Shown one piece after another: positions 23,248 through 31,081 of a stretch of DNA of 64,000 nucleotides. The stretch's first letter is position 1; each line of letters starts with the position of its first letter. The notes beneath the pieces are model-generated. The model was not told the DNA's origin, made no database searches, and saw nothing but the letters and a program-made list of their open reading frames with translations. The stretch comes from an uncultured Acidobacterium sp. (lineage in GTDB: Bacteria > Acidobacteriota > Vicinamibacteria > Vicinamibacterales > UBA2999), in assembly GCA_964513235.1 (NCBI GenBank), contig CAZEMI010000295.1, positions 2,390-66,389 on the forward strand, given 5' to 3'. A program made the translations under genes and the position numbers.

Positions 23248-26139
23248 CTAGCTGCCTGCCGGTCCAAGGTGCACGATGAGTTGCGGCGGCTGCGAGTCCT
23301 TCTCCCGCGCGTGGAACTGCTGCTCGGCGTCGGCGTTCTCCTCGGCGTCGCGAATGACGAAGCCGTGATTTGTTGCGGCGCCGATCATCTCGACGAGCAG
23401 CCGGGTGACATTCCATTCGACATAGCCGGTGCCGGCGGCGGCCGTCGCCGCCGTGCCCGCGGTGGATGGCCGGTCCTCCCACGTCACCCTGGTTTCACTC
23501 CACGACGACCCGGCGCCCAGCGCGTGCAGCGTCCGTCCGGCCTGTGCCGATGCCGCATACAGCCGCAGCGTGGCGGAGGCGACACCGCAGCCGGCCGGGA
23601 CGGCCGGCATGTCGAACCGCACCAGCGCCCGGGCGTTGTTGCCATCACGCTTCGACACCACCTTCAGGATCGAATCCGTGCCCTTGTTCGAGCTCGAGCT
23701 GTTCTGGTCGACCCACGCGTCGGCCATCGCGCTGAGCGTGATCGGCCCGCCGCAATCGACCGGTCCCAGCGCCGGCGCAACCACCGCCCACACCTGCGTC
23801 GCCGGCGTCGGATCGGTGTTGCCCGCGGCGTCGGTGGCGCGGACCGCGAAGCTATGACTGCCCGTGCCGAGCTGCGCCAGTTGCACCGGCGACGCGCACG
23901 CGGTGAACGCCGCGCCGTCGAGCGAGCACCGGAATGTCGCCCCAGCGTCAGAGGCCGCGAAACTGATCGACGCCGTGGTGGCCGTCGTCGTTGCTGCCGG
24001 GCCGGAGAGGATCGTGGTATCCGGCGGCGTGAGGTCTGGCGGCGGCACGATCGTCCAGCCGTAGCGCGCCGCCGTCGGGTCGAGGTTGCCGGCGGCGTCC
24101 ATCGACGTCACCGCGAAGGTGTGGACCCCGAGGCTCAACCCGCCGTAAACCTGCGGCGCTGCGCACGCGCTGAACGCGGCGCCGTCGAGCGAGCACTGGA
24201 ACGTCGCCTCCGCTTCGGAAGTGCCGAACGTGAATGTGGCGGAGGTCTCGCTGGTGGTGGCCAGCGGCGCCGAGATGATGGTGGTCTCCGGCGGCGTCGT
24301 ATCCGCGACCGTCGCAGCCGCGCAGACGATGCCGAGGCACTGGGCCGGTTCCTTGTTGCCGCTGGCCGTGTTGCCGCCGCCGTCGATGATGCCGGGCGCG
24401 CCGCTGATGCCCCAGCCGCTGTTGTCAAAGACGACGTTGTTGGAGAGCGTGTGGCCGCCTTTGGCGGCCGTGATGCCGTCGGATCCGTTCCCGGCGGCAA
24501 GGTTGCCATGCAGCAGGTTCCCCTGTTCCGGGGCGTCGTCGGCGACATAGAAGCCCATGGCGCCGTTTCGGGATGCGACATTGAACGACACGATGTTGCC
24601 GAGCGACCCGCCGCCAAGCTCGATGCCGATGCCGGTCGAGCGGCTGGCATTGTTGCCGGACACGAGATTGCGGCTCGACCCGTCCATCTGCAGTCCGCCG
24701 GGGCTCAATTGCAGATCGTTGTCGCGCACCACCCCGTCGTTGGCGCTGTTGAGCGTGATGCCGCTGTCGGACATCGACCGCGTGCTGTTGGCAATCAGCC
24801 AGTTGCGATCGGAAGCCTCCACCAGGATGCCGGTGTCGCCGCTGGCGATGAGCCGGTTGCGCTCGAGCAGGTTGTCGTTCGAGCCATCGCGGAGCTCGAT
24901 GCCACCGTCGCTGTTCGACGACACGACGTTGTTCAGCAGCGTGTTGCGCTCGGCATGCTCGAGGCCGACGCCGAGATCGCCGCCGCCGCTGATGGTGTTG
25001 GCCTCAATCCAGTTCTCCCGCGAATGCCGCAGCAGCATGCCCGCGCCACGATGGAGGTCCATGGTGTTGCCGACGACCTTCGCGCGTGTGGTGCCGCTCA
25101 CCATCGCCACGCCGGCGCCGTTGTTGCTCAGCGCGTTGCCGATGATCTCGTTTCCAGGCGCCGCGTCGAACAGCTGGACGCCGGCAATCTCGTTCCCTTC
25201 CAGCCTCACGCGTGTCACGACATTGGCGCCGGCGCGCCCGATCAGCTCGACGCCGTAATCGAACTCGCGAATCGTCCCGTTTCTCACGGTCACGAGCGTG
25301 TAACCGTCGTTGAAGATACCGGTGCCCAGGCCGACGCCGTCAACCAGGTGGTCGTTGAGATCGACGATGATGCGTGACGCGCCGATGATCAATCCGTCGC
25401 CCGGACAGTCCAGCAGGTCGGCGGTGAGCAGCGTGCTCTCGGTGATCACGTCGCCGCAGCTCACCGCGGCGGCGGCCGGCGGCGCCGGCGTGCCGGTCTC
25501 CTCCGCGGGCGCGGCAAACCGGATCACGAGCTGAGGCGGATCGTTCCCTTTCTCACGGCTGTGGAAGCCATGGCCGCCACTCATGTCGGAGAGCTCGGCC
25601 GCATCGCGCAACACGAAGCCGTGGTTGGCGCCGGCGAGCATCGCCGCCACCTGACTGGCGACGTTCCACTGCATATAGCCGCCACGCGACCACGTGACGG
25701 CGGCCTCGCCGACCGTGGCGGGCTGGTTGTCCCACGTGATGCCGCTTTCCGCCCACGCGCTCGCCGCCGCCACTGCCTCCACGCGGATGCCGGCCTGATC
25801 CTCGGGCGAGTACAGGCGCAGCCGTGCCGATTGCACCACGCAACCCTCCGGCGTGCCGGAGGGCACCGGGAATCGGACGACCGATCGGGTACGTCCCGTC
25901 GGCGCGGGCAGGTCGGGGTCGACCGGTGAGCCGCCGTCGACGTTGAGGATTCCATCGGTAGCGAAGTTCGCGGACGGGACGTTCTCGTAGATCCACGCGT
26001 CGGCGTCAGCCGTGATCACCAGGGTGGTCTCGGCGCAGGCGATTGTTTCCGATCGCGCGCCGATGCTGGCCGTGGCGAGCAATGCGGCGACGCTCGCACA
26101 CGCGGTGAGACGGCGAAGAGCGGACGGGGAACGGGTCAT
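23248..26139 (-). CDS. Secreted protein (963 aa): signal peptide, DNRLRE-like module, PbH1/NosD-like beta-helix, 2 Ig-like repeats, DNRLRE-like module
   Basis: - Signal-like N-terminus (LTACASVAALLATASIGARS).
- CAETTLVITADADAWIYENVPSANF...WAESGITWDNQP.
- VSCGDVITESTLLTADLLDCPGDGLIIGASRIIVDLNDHLVDG plus helix turns.
- Two xTFxCSLDGAAFxAC repeats.
- VDCGGPITLSAMADAWVDQNSSSSNKG...WSETRVTWEDRP. Confidence 0.9.
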   Translation of the reverse strand: MTRSPSALRRLTACASVAALLATASIGARSETIACAETTLVITADADAWIYENVPSANFATDGILNVDGGSPVDPDLPAPTGRTRSVVRFPVPSGTPEGCVVQSARLRLYSPEDQAGIRVEAVAAASAWAESGITWDNQPATVGEAAVTWSRGGYMQWNVASQVAAMLAGANHGFVLRDAAELSDMSGGHGFHSREKGNDPPQLVIRFAAPAEETGTPAPPAAAAVSCGDVITESTLLTADLLDCPGDGLIIGASRIIVDLNDHLVDGVGLGTGIFNDGYTLVTVRNGTIREFDYGVELIGRAGANVVTRVRLEGNEIAGVQLFDAAPGNEIIGNALSNNGAGVAMVSGTTRAKVVGNTMDLHRGAGMLLRHSRENWIEANTISGGGDLGVGLEHAERNTLLNNVVSSNSDGGIELRDGSNDNLLERNRLIASGDTGILVEASDRNWLIANSTRSMSDSGITLNSANDGVVRDNDLQLSPGGLQMDGSSRNLVSGNNASRSTGIGIELGGGSLGNIVSFNVASRNGAMGFYVADDAPEQGNLLHGNLAAGNGSDGITAAKGGHTLSNNVVFDNSGWGISGAPGIIDGGGNTASGNKEPAQCLGIVCAAATVADTTPPETTIISAPLATTSETSATFTFGTSEAEATFQCSLDGAAFSACAAPQVYGGLSLGVHTFAVTSMDAAGNLDPTAARYGWTIVPPPDLTPPDTTILSGPAATTTATTASISFAASDAGATFRCSLDGAAFTACASPVQLAQLGTGSHSFAVRATDAAGNTDPTPATQVWAVVAPALGPVDCGGPITLSAMADAWVDQNSSSSNKGTDSILKVVSKRDGNNARALVRFDMPAVPAGCGVASATLRLYAASAQAGRTLHALGAGSSWSETRVTWEDRPSTAGTAATAAAGTGYVEWNVTRLLVEMIGAATNHGFVIRDAEENADAEQQFHAREKDSQPPQLIVHLGPAGS

Positions 26140-26184
26140 GGGGACTCCTCAGCTATTCGATTGATGCCTCTCCAACGCCCGTTA

Positions 26185-26210
26185 AAACGCCGTACCCGGT
26201 CTGTGCGAAC
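26185..26210 (-). promoter_or_regulatory. GTTCGY-N14-GCGTTT motif, site e
   Basis: GTTCGCacagaccgggtacgGCGTTT on the minus strand; 45 nt upstream of the ATG at 26139. Confidence 0.45.
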
Positions 26211-26225
26211 GCGGGAATTTCCGCC

Positions 26226-26251
26226 GTTCGTTTCACAGCGCGCTGGCGTTT
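26226..26251 (+). promoter_or_regulatory. GTTCGY-N14-GCGTTT motif, site f (back-to-back with site e)
   Basis: GTTCGTttcacagcgcgctgGCGTTT on the plus strand, pointing at the small ORF at 26259/26295. Confidence 0.4.
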
Positions 26252-26550
26252 TAAACGAGTGCGGAGCACGCCCTTGCGCCGTCACGGACGACGGATGACT
26301 GCCGGGATCCGCGGCTGTGCGCTCGCGTTAGCCGGTCTCGCCGTTTCCGGCGCCGCGGCGCAGGCGGGCGCCAGCTACGTGATCGGCGCAGGACGTGCTC
26401 GCGATCAGCGGCTTCGATCACGCGAGCCTGTCCGGCAGATTTACGGTGGAAGGTGAGGGGTCGTTCAGCTTTCAGCTGCGCGCCGGGGGCGCACGGTGCG
26501 CCAATTCGAAAGCGGGCTGAAGTAGTTGCGTCGGGGATCGATGCGCGCGG

Positions 26551-29541
26551 CTACCGGCGGCTGCCGGTGAGCGCGCGCAATTCCTGATCCCAGTTGAGGA
26601 CGACGTCGATGTGCGTCACCGGCGATCGATCGCGCGGATCGCGCACCAGCAAGAACCGGCGGCCGTCGGCGCTGATGTCGTAGCTGCGCACTGAGGCGAG
26701 CGCGAGGTAGTCGCCAGACACGACGCGACTGGGCCGCGACAGCACCACGCGCGTGTCGCTGGCGAACTTCACCACCATGATCGTCAGCCCGTCGGGCTCG
26801 TCCGATCGCGCGTAGTAGAGCCGCCCGCCATCGCGCGACCACACCGGTCCGGTCCCGCCGTCGGTTGAAACCTGGTACACGGTCTGCGCTGTCGGATACT
26901 CGGTGATGTAGACCTCGTCGCGGCCAGACTCGTTCGAGCTGTACGCCATCCACCGTCCATCCGGAGAGAACTCCGGATGATCTTCGCGCGCGTCCGTGCG
27001 CAGGAACACACGCGGCTTGCGATCCTTGATGGACAGCACCCAGATGTCGTTGTCGGTAGTCGGGCTGGTCTCGACGTAGGCGAGCTCCGACGCGTCGGGC
27101 GACCACGAGCCGGCCCATTGATCGCGAGGTCCTTCCAGCAGCACATGCGGCGCGGCGCTCCCGTCGGTCGGCATCCAGAACAAGTTGTAGACGCCGCTCG
27201 GCGACAGCCGGCCAAAGACGATTCGCGCGCCGTCGGTTGACCACAATGGCCACAGCCCTTCGGTAATGCGGCGGCGCACCTGGCGCGCGAAGTCGAACGC
27301 GCAGACGAACGGACGGCCACCGGTCCAGCACGTGAACAGCGCCGACAGCCCGTCCGGCGACACGTCGGGGCGCATGTACGCGCCGTCGTCGACGCCGGTG
27401 GGTGAGCTGCGGCCGTCGGCATCGACCCACAGCAACGTACGTGATTCATCCGGGAACACCGGACCGGGAACGTAGAAGAAGGTGCGCCCGTCTGTCGAAA
27501 ACGCGAACTGTGCCGCGCCGACGTTGAGCTGATTGCGGTAGCTGAACAGCGATTGCATGACGCCGTCGAGCAGCTTCAACGGCGGACCCAGCGCGGTCAG
27601 CGTCGACGGGTCAAAGGCCATCGCCATCAACTGGCCCTGCCTCATGAACACGAGGTGACCCGTGCCGACGTAGCGGCCGTCCGAGGCATCCTTCAGGATC
27701 ACGCGCCGCTCGCCCGTATTGAGCCGCTTCGCGATCAGCGTCGTCGACGCCGCGGCGACGCCCGAGACGGCGGTGAACAACACGGTCTCGTTGTCCGGCA
27801 GCACATGCGGCAGCCGGTGCGCGAACTCCGCCTCGGCGTCGTCCAGTCGCGTCAACTGTGTTGGCGCGCCACCAGACGCGTTGACGCTCCACAGCCCGCC
27901 CGCAAATCGCCCGAACACAATCTCCGATGTTCCGCGCCACGCAATGCCGTAGACATCCGACTCCGCGAACCGCGGCACGACCGTGCTGGCGCCGGGTGGG
28001 CGCACTCGCCGAACGACTTCGGTCACCGTCGTGGCCTCGCCGCCGGTTGACGGAACTATGCGAATCAGGTTCCCGGTGACAAAGGCCAGCGAGTTGCCGT
28101 CGGGCGAAAACGCCGGGCTCGACGCGCCGTCGGTCTCGTCGAGCGGTTCGGCCGTCGATTCCGTCAGCCGGCGAATGTAGATCTGCCGGGCCGTACCGGT
28201 CTGGCCGACGAACGCCAGGCGGTTGCCATTGGGCGAGACGGTGAACGCGGTCGAGAGCGGTCGATCGAACGCCGGATCCTCTTTCAGGTGCGCAGCGGGC
28301 AGCAGCGGCACGACCAGCTTGGTCACCATCGGGGGGGCCGCGCCGCCGGCGAATCGGCCGAGCGCGGCAACGCCAAGGCCGGTCAGTGCGGCGAGCGAAA
28401 CGGCAACAGCCGCCGCAATCTTGGACCACCGCCGCCGTGCTTGTGGCAGCGCGCAGGCGCCCTGCAGCGCGCAGGCTTTCGCCAGCGGCGCACGCGGTGT
28501 GTGATCGACCAGCGCGGCAGCCAGATCGGCCGCCATCTCGGATACGTGTTCGTATCGCTCGCCCGGATTGTGGTGCGTCGCGCGATCAATCGCGAGTCGC
28601 AGGCTGACCGGCACGTCGGGCAGCAGATCCTTGACCTGCTTGGCGCGCCGGTCCCAATGAATACGCCGCACTTCGCCGAGCGTCCGCCCCATGACCGGGT
28701 ATCCGCCGGTCAACAGGTGGAACAACAGCACACCCAAACTGTAGATGTCGCTTCGCGGCGTCGCGTCCTGCCCCTCGAGCAGTTCCGGAGCCGCATACAG
28801 CGGCGTTCCGGGGAAGGTCATGCCCAGGACGGCGTTGTCGTCGGTGAGGTCGAGCCCTGTCCCGAAGTCCATCAGGACCAGCCGCCCGCCCCGCTCGCGC
28901 ATCACGTTCTGCGCCTTCAAATCGCGATGCACGAGCCCGGCGCGATGCACCGCGCTCACGGCGTGGCCCAACTCGACGCCCAGCAGCGCCGTCTCGCGTG
29001 TGCTGAAAGGGCCCGCCGTGGACACAATCTGCTCGAGGGTGCGCCCCTGGATGAACTCCATCCAAATCCCGACGCGGCCCGCGATTAGATCGGCGCCATA
29101 GATCGTGGCGACGTTTGGATGGTTGAGCCGCGCCATCATCGAGGCCTCGCGGATCACTGCGGATCCGACGGCCGCCTCCGAACATCGATCGCGCAACAGC
29201 TTCAACGCGACTTGGCGCGACAGGTGCGGATCCCAGGCGCGAAATACCTCGCCGTTGGAACCTTCGCCGACGCGTTCGAGGATTTCGAGTCGTCCCCAGT
29301 GCCACGGTTCGCCCTGCCGCGCGAGCTCGGCCGGCTTGTTCTGCTCCACCAGCGTTTGATCCACCAGCTTGGCCATCCGCCGATGGAAGTCGCCGACCGC
29401 GTCGAGCGTTCTCAACTGGCGGACCGCCTCGCTTTTTGAGTGCGACGATTCGGCGGCGCTCCAATTGATGGGATCGCCGTCCGCAACTGCCGCGGCGAGA
29501 TCGACCAATGAATCCGGATCCGCCTCGGGTCTATCGGACAC
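26551..29541 (-). CDS. Transmembrane Ser/Thr protein kinase with C-terminal extracytoplasmic TolB-like (PD40/WD40-like) beta-propeller repeats
   Basis: - Hanks kinase motifs: VALKLL, HRDLKAQNV, MDFGTG, YAAPELL.
- One TM segment (WSKIAAAVAVSLAALTGLGVAAL).
- About 580 aa of repeated ..SPDG..(L/I)(A/V)(F/Y).. propeller blades.
- I trimmed the ORF-track start (29601) to the GTG at 29541, which sits 7 nt after GGAGGAG and overlaps the sigma-gene stop by 11 nt. Confidence 0.9.
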   Translation of the reverse strand: MSDRPEADPDSLVDLAAAVADGDPINWSAAESSHSKSEAVRQLRTLDAVGDFHRRMAKLVDQTLVEQNKPAELARQGEPWHWGRLEILERVGEGSNGEVFRAWDPHLSRQVALKLLRDRCSEAAVGSAVIREASMMARLNHPNVATIYGADLIAGRVGIWMEFIQGRTLEQIVSTAGPFSTRETALLGVELGHAVSAVHRAGLVHRDLKAQNVMRERGGRLVLMDFGTGLDLTDDNAVLGMTFPGTPLYAAPELLEGQDATPRSDIYSLGVLLFHLLTGGYPVMGRTLGEVRRIHWDRRAKQVKDLLPDVPVSLRLAIDRATHHNPGERYEHVSEMAADLAAALVDHTPRAPLAKACALQGACALPQARRRWSKIAAAVAVSLAALTGLGVAALGRFAGGAAPPMVTKLVVPLLPAAHLKEDPAFDRPLSTAFTVSPNGNRLAFVGQTGTARQIYIRRLTESTAEPLDETDGASSPAFSPDGNSLAFVTGNLIRIVPSTGGEATTVTEVVRRVRPPGASTVVPRFAESDVYGIAWRGTSEIVFGRFAGGLWSVNASGGAPTQLTRLDDAEAEFAHRLPHVLPDNETVLFTAVSGVAAASTTLIAKRLNTGERRVILKDASDGRYVGTGHLVFMRQGQLMAMAFDPSTLTALGPPLKLLDGVMQSLFSYRNQLNVGAAQFAFSTDGRTFFYVPGPVFPDESRTLLWVDADGRSSPTGVDDGAYMRPDVSPDGLSALFTCWTGGRPFVCAFDFARQVRRRITEGLWPLWSTDGARIVFGRLSPSGVYNLFWMPTDGSAAPHVLLEGPRDQWAGSWSPDASELAYVETSPTTDNDIWVLSIKDRKPRVFLRTDAREDHPEFSPDGRWMAYSSNESGRDEVYITEYPTAQTVYQVSTDGGTGPVWSRDGGRLYYARSDEPDGLTIMVVKFASDTRVVLSRPSRVVSGDYLALASVRSYDISADGRRFLLVRDPRDRSPVTHIDVVLNWDQELRALTGSRR

Positions 29542-30148
29542 GTTCCATCTCCTCCGCAAGCTTGACCAGAGCCCGCGCGACCAGCATGCGTGCCGCATCA
29601 CGGGACGGTTTTTTCAGCAGGGTGGCGATCTCGGCGTAGCTGTGGCCCAACTCGAGGCGTGCGATCACCGCTTGGCGCTCCTCGTCGTTCAGCCGGTTCT
29701 GCAGAGCCGCTTCATAGCGTTCGAGGGCCTCACGGCCAATCGTGTCTTCCAGAGGCGAGGGGGCGCCATCCTGAATTCCCGTGTCGAGCATGCCGATCGG
29801 CGGCCGGCGCGTGGCATTTCTCTTCTGATCCTTGATCCGGTTGATGACGCCCTGGCGCAGGTACGCCAGCAGCGCACCTTCGCCGAGATACTCAAAGCGT
29901 TCGATGTGCTTGATCGAATGGAGCAGCGTCTCCTGCACGAGGTCGACCGTCTCCATCAGGTCGCGGCTCCATCGAGGCAGACGTCCACTCGCCCACCGCA
30001 AAAGGGCTGGCAAATGCCGGGCATACAGGGCCTCCAACGCGGCCTTGTCACCCGCCCGCGCTCGCTCAATCAATAGCGGCGACGCATCAACGGGCGGACG
30101 AAGTTCCTGGGCCGCGGGCGGCGCGGGGTCTCGGGGGGATTGCACCAT
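29531..30148 (-). CDS. ECF-type (group 4) sigma-70 family RNA polymerase sigma factor
   Basis: 205 aa. Region 2 reads ..LEALYARHLPALLRWA...DLVQETLLHSIKHIERF. Region 4 is an HTH: ..LNDEERQAVIARLELGHSYAEIATLLKKPSRDAARMLVARAL. No regions 1.1 or 3 are present. Confidence 0.9.
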   Translation of the reverse strand: MVQSPRDPAPPAAQELRPPVDASPLLIERARAGDKAALEALYARHLPALLRWASGRLPRWSRDLMETVDLVQETLLHSIKHIERFEYLGEGALLAYLRQGVINRIKDQKRNATRRPPIGMLDTGIQDGAPSPLEDTIGREALERYEAALQNRLNDEERQAVIARLELGHSYAEIATLLKKPSRDAARMLVARALVKLAEEMERVR

Positions 30149-30199
30149 ATGCTCCGCTCAAGGCGGTGTTCTGCCTGCATCAACGTCACACGATTCCCA

Positions 30200-30262
30200 G
30201 GGAGTTTCATAATGTGAGCTAACTTCAGTTCAAATGCAATCAAACATTAAAGAAATTCTGGC
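30200..30262 (-). promoter_or_regulatory. AT-rich spacer upstream of the sigma gene, with a weak hairpin/T-run after the 186-aa gene; candidate sigma-70-type promoter region
   Basis: A local drop in G+C is visible by eye. On the minus strand it reads ..ggccgagtgcggccagaatttctttaatgtttgattgcatttgaactgaagttagctcacattatgaa.. I could not fix exact -35/-10 hexamers. Confidence 0.3.
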
Positions 30263-30280
30263 CGCACTCGGCCCCTGAAC

Positions 30281-30841
30281 CTACCGGCTCACCGGCGTGC
30301 GATTGATCAGCGGATACGCGCTTTTTACGCCAGGAACACTGGCAAATGCCCGCGCGACATCGATGGCCGCCAAGGGACTGGCCGCCCGCCCGACGAACGC
30401 ATTCGCCACGCCGGGCACTGCACGGATCTGCGTTAAATCTGCGGTGCCGGTGAGCTCCGCGGCCGTCATCCCCTCGCTGACGAGGATCGCCACATCCGAG
30501 GTGAGCAGCCTGCGGTTCGCAACTGTCCGTGGCTTGCCGGGCTCGTACAGAACGACGCGACCTCGGGTGCCCGGGTTCGCCGACTCCTGGTCCGCAAGCA
30601 ACTGGGCCAGGCGCGCGAGGGTCGTGACGTTACTGATACTCAAGACGGTGACGTCAGGCGAATTCGCGTCGCGGTTGTGCGCGCCGGTCCAATCCAGTTC
30701 CAGTTCGTCGAGCGCCACCACGAACGTGCGCGGCTCCGGACTGGGAACCGTGAGTTCCACGCCGGCCTGCACGAAACCGATGGCAGGCGTGACGGCAAAC
30801 AGGATGACCACCGCGAACCCACGAAGCACGAACATGCTCAT
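30281..30841 (-). CDS. Secreted 186-aa protein of unknown function (possible stand-alone subtilase-propeptide-like / external chaperone protein)
   Basis: I trimmed ORF 30281..31015 to the ATG at 30841 (MSMFVLRGFAVVILFAVTPAIGFVQAG, signal-like), which is preceded by GGAGGG. The longer reading runs through the 20-bp tandem repeats. Confidence 0.6.
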   Translation of the reverse strand: MSMFVLRGFAVVILFAVTPAIGFVQAGVELTVPSPEPRTFVVALDELELDWTGAHNRDANSPDVTVLSISNVTTLARLAQLLADQESANPGTRGRVVLYEPGKPRTVANRRLLTSDVAILVSEGMTAAELTGTADLTQIRAVPGVANAFVGRAASPLAAIDVARAFASVPGVKSAYPLINRTPVSR

Positions 30842-30871
30842 CTCACCCTCCGGCCAGTTGCGTACTGCGTA

Positions 30872-30900
30872 ATAATATGGCACAGCTAGCGGCCGCTGAA
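30872..30900 (-). promoter_or_regulatory. Candidate sigma-70-type promoter TTCAGC-N17-TATTAT for the 186-aa gene
   Basis: Read on the minus strand. The -35-like hexamer lies inside the first 20-bp repeat unit, and the -10-like hexamer lies about 30 nt upstream of the ATG. Confidence 0.3.
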
Positions 30901-30975
30901 TACATCGAGCGGACTCTGAATACACCGAGCGGACGCTGAATACACCGAGCAGGCGCTGAATACGCTGAATACACG
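30891..30975. repeat. 20-bp tandem repeat, about 4.3 copies (CTGAATACAYCGAGCGGACG consensus)
   Basis: Units start at 30896, 30916 and 30936, with a truncated/duplicated unit at 30956-30975. They lie between the divergent 186-aa and protease genes. Confidence 0.9.
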
Positions 30976-30980
30976 GTCTA

Positions 30981-31006
30981 AAACGCCACCGCGGGGAAAA
31001 ACGAAC
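30981..31006 (-). promoter_or_regulatory. GTTCGY-N14-GCGTTT motif, site g
   Basis: GTTCGTttttccccgcggtgGCGTTT on the minus strand; 139 nt upstream of the ATG at 30841 (the 186-aa / sigma / kinase gene string). Confidence 0.45.
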
Positions 31007-31044
31007 AGACCGCACCGCGCGGACGCTTTACGCGCACGCGTTCG

Positions 31045-31070
31045 GTTCGCTTTCCAGCGTCATGGCGTTT
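31045..31070 (+). promoter_or_regulatory. GTTCGY-N14-GCGTTT motif, site h
   Basis: GTTCGCtttccagcgtcatgGCGTTT; it ends only 11 nt before the ATG at 31082. Confidence 0.45.
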
Positions 31071-31081
31071 AGCCCACCGGG

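Noticed and set aside
26465-28429. ORFs 26465..27430(-), 26784..27449(-), 27611..28429(-), 28288..29088(+) and 28586..29464(-) inside the kinase gene.
   Set aside because: These are shadow frames. The 26551..29541 frame carries the full set of Hanks kinase motifs and propeller repeats.
29542-29601. Upstream ATG start (29601) of the kinase ORF.
   Set aside because: It would overlap the sigma gene by 71 nt and adds a non-conserved Arg/Trp-rich peptide. The GTG at 29541 has an excellent GGAGGAG Shine-Dalgarno sequence at 7-nt spacing. This remains an inference.
30842-31015. N-terminal extension of the 186-aa ORF running through the 20-bp tandem repeats and motif site g.
   Set aside because: The translated repeats (..VRSVYSESARCIQRP..) look non-protein-like. 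The ATG at 30841 has a GGAGGG ribosome-binding site and yields a canonical signal peptide.
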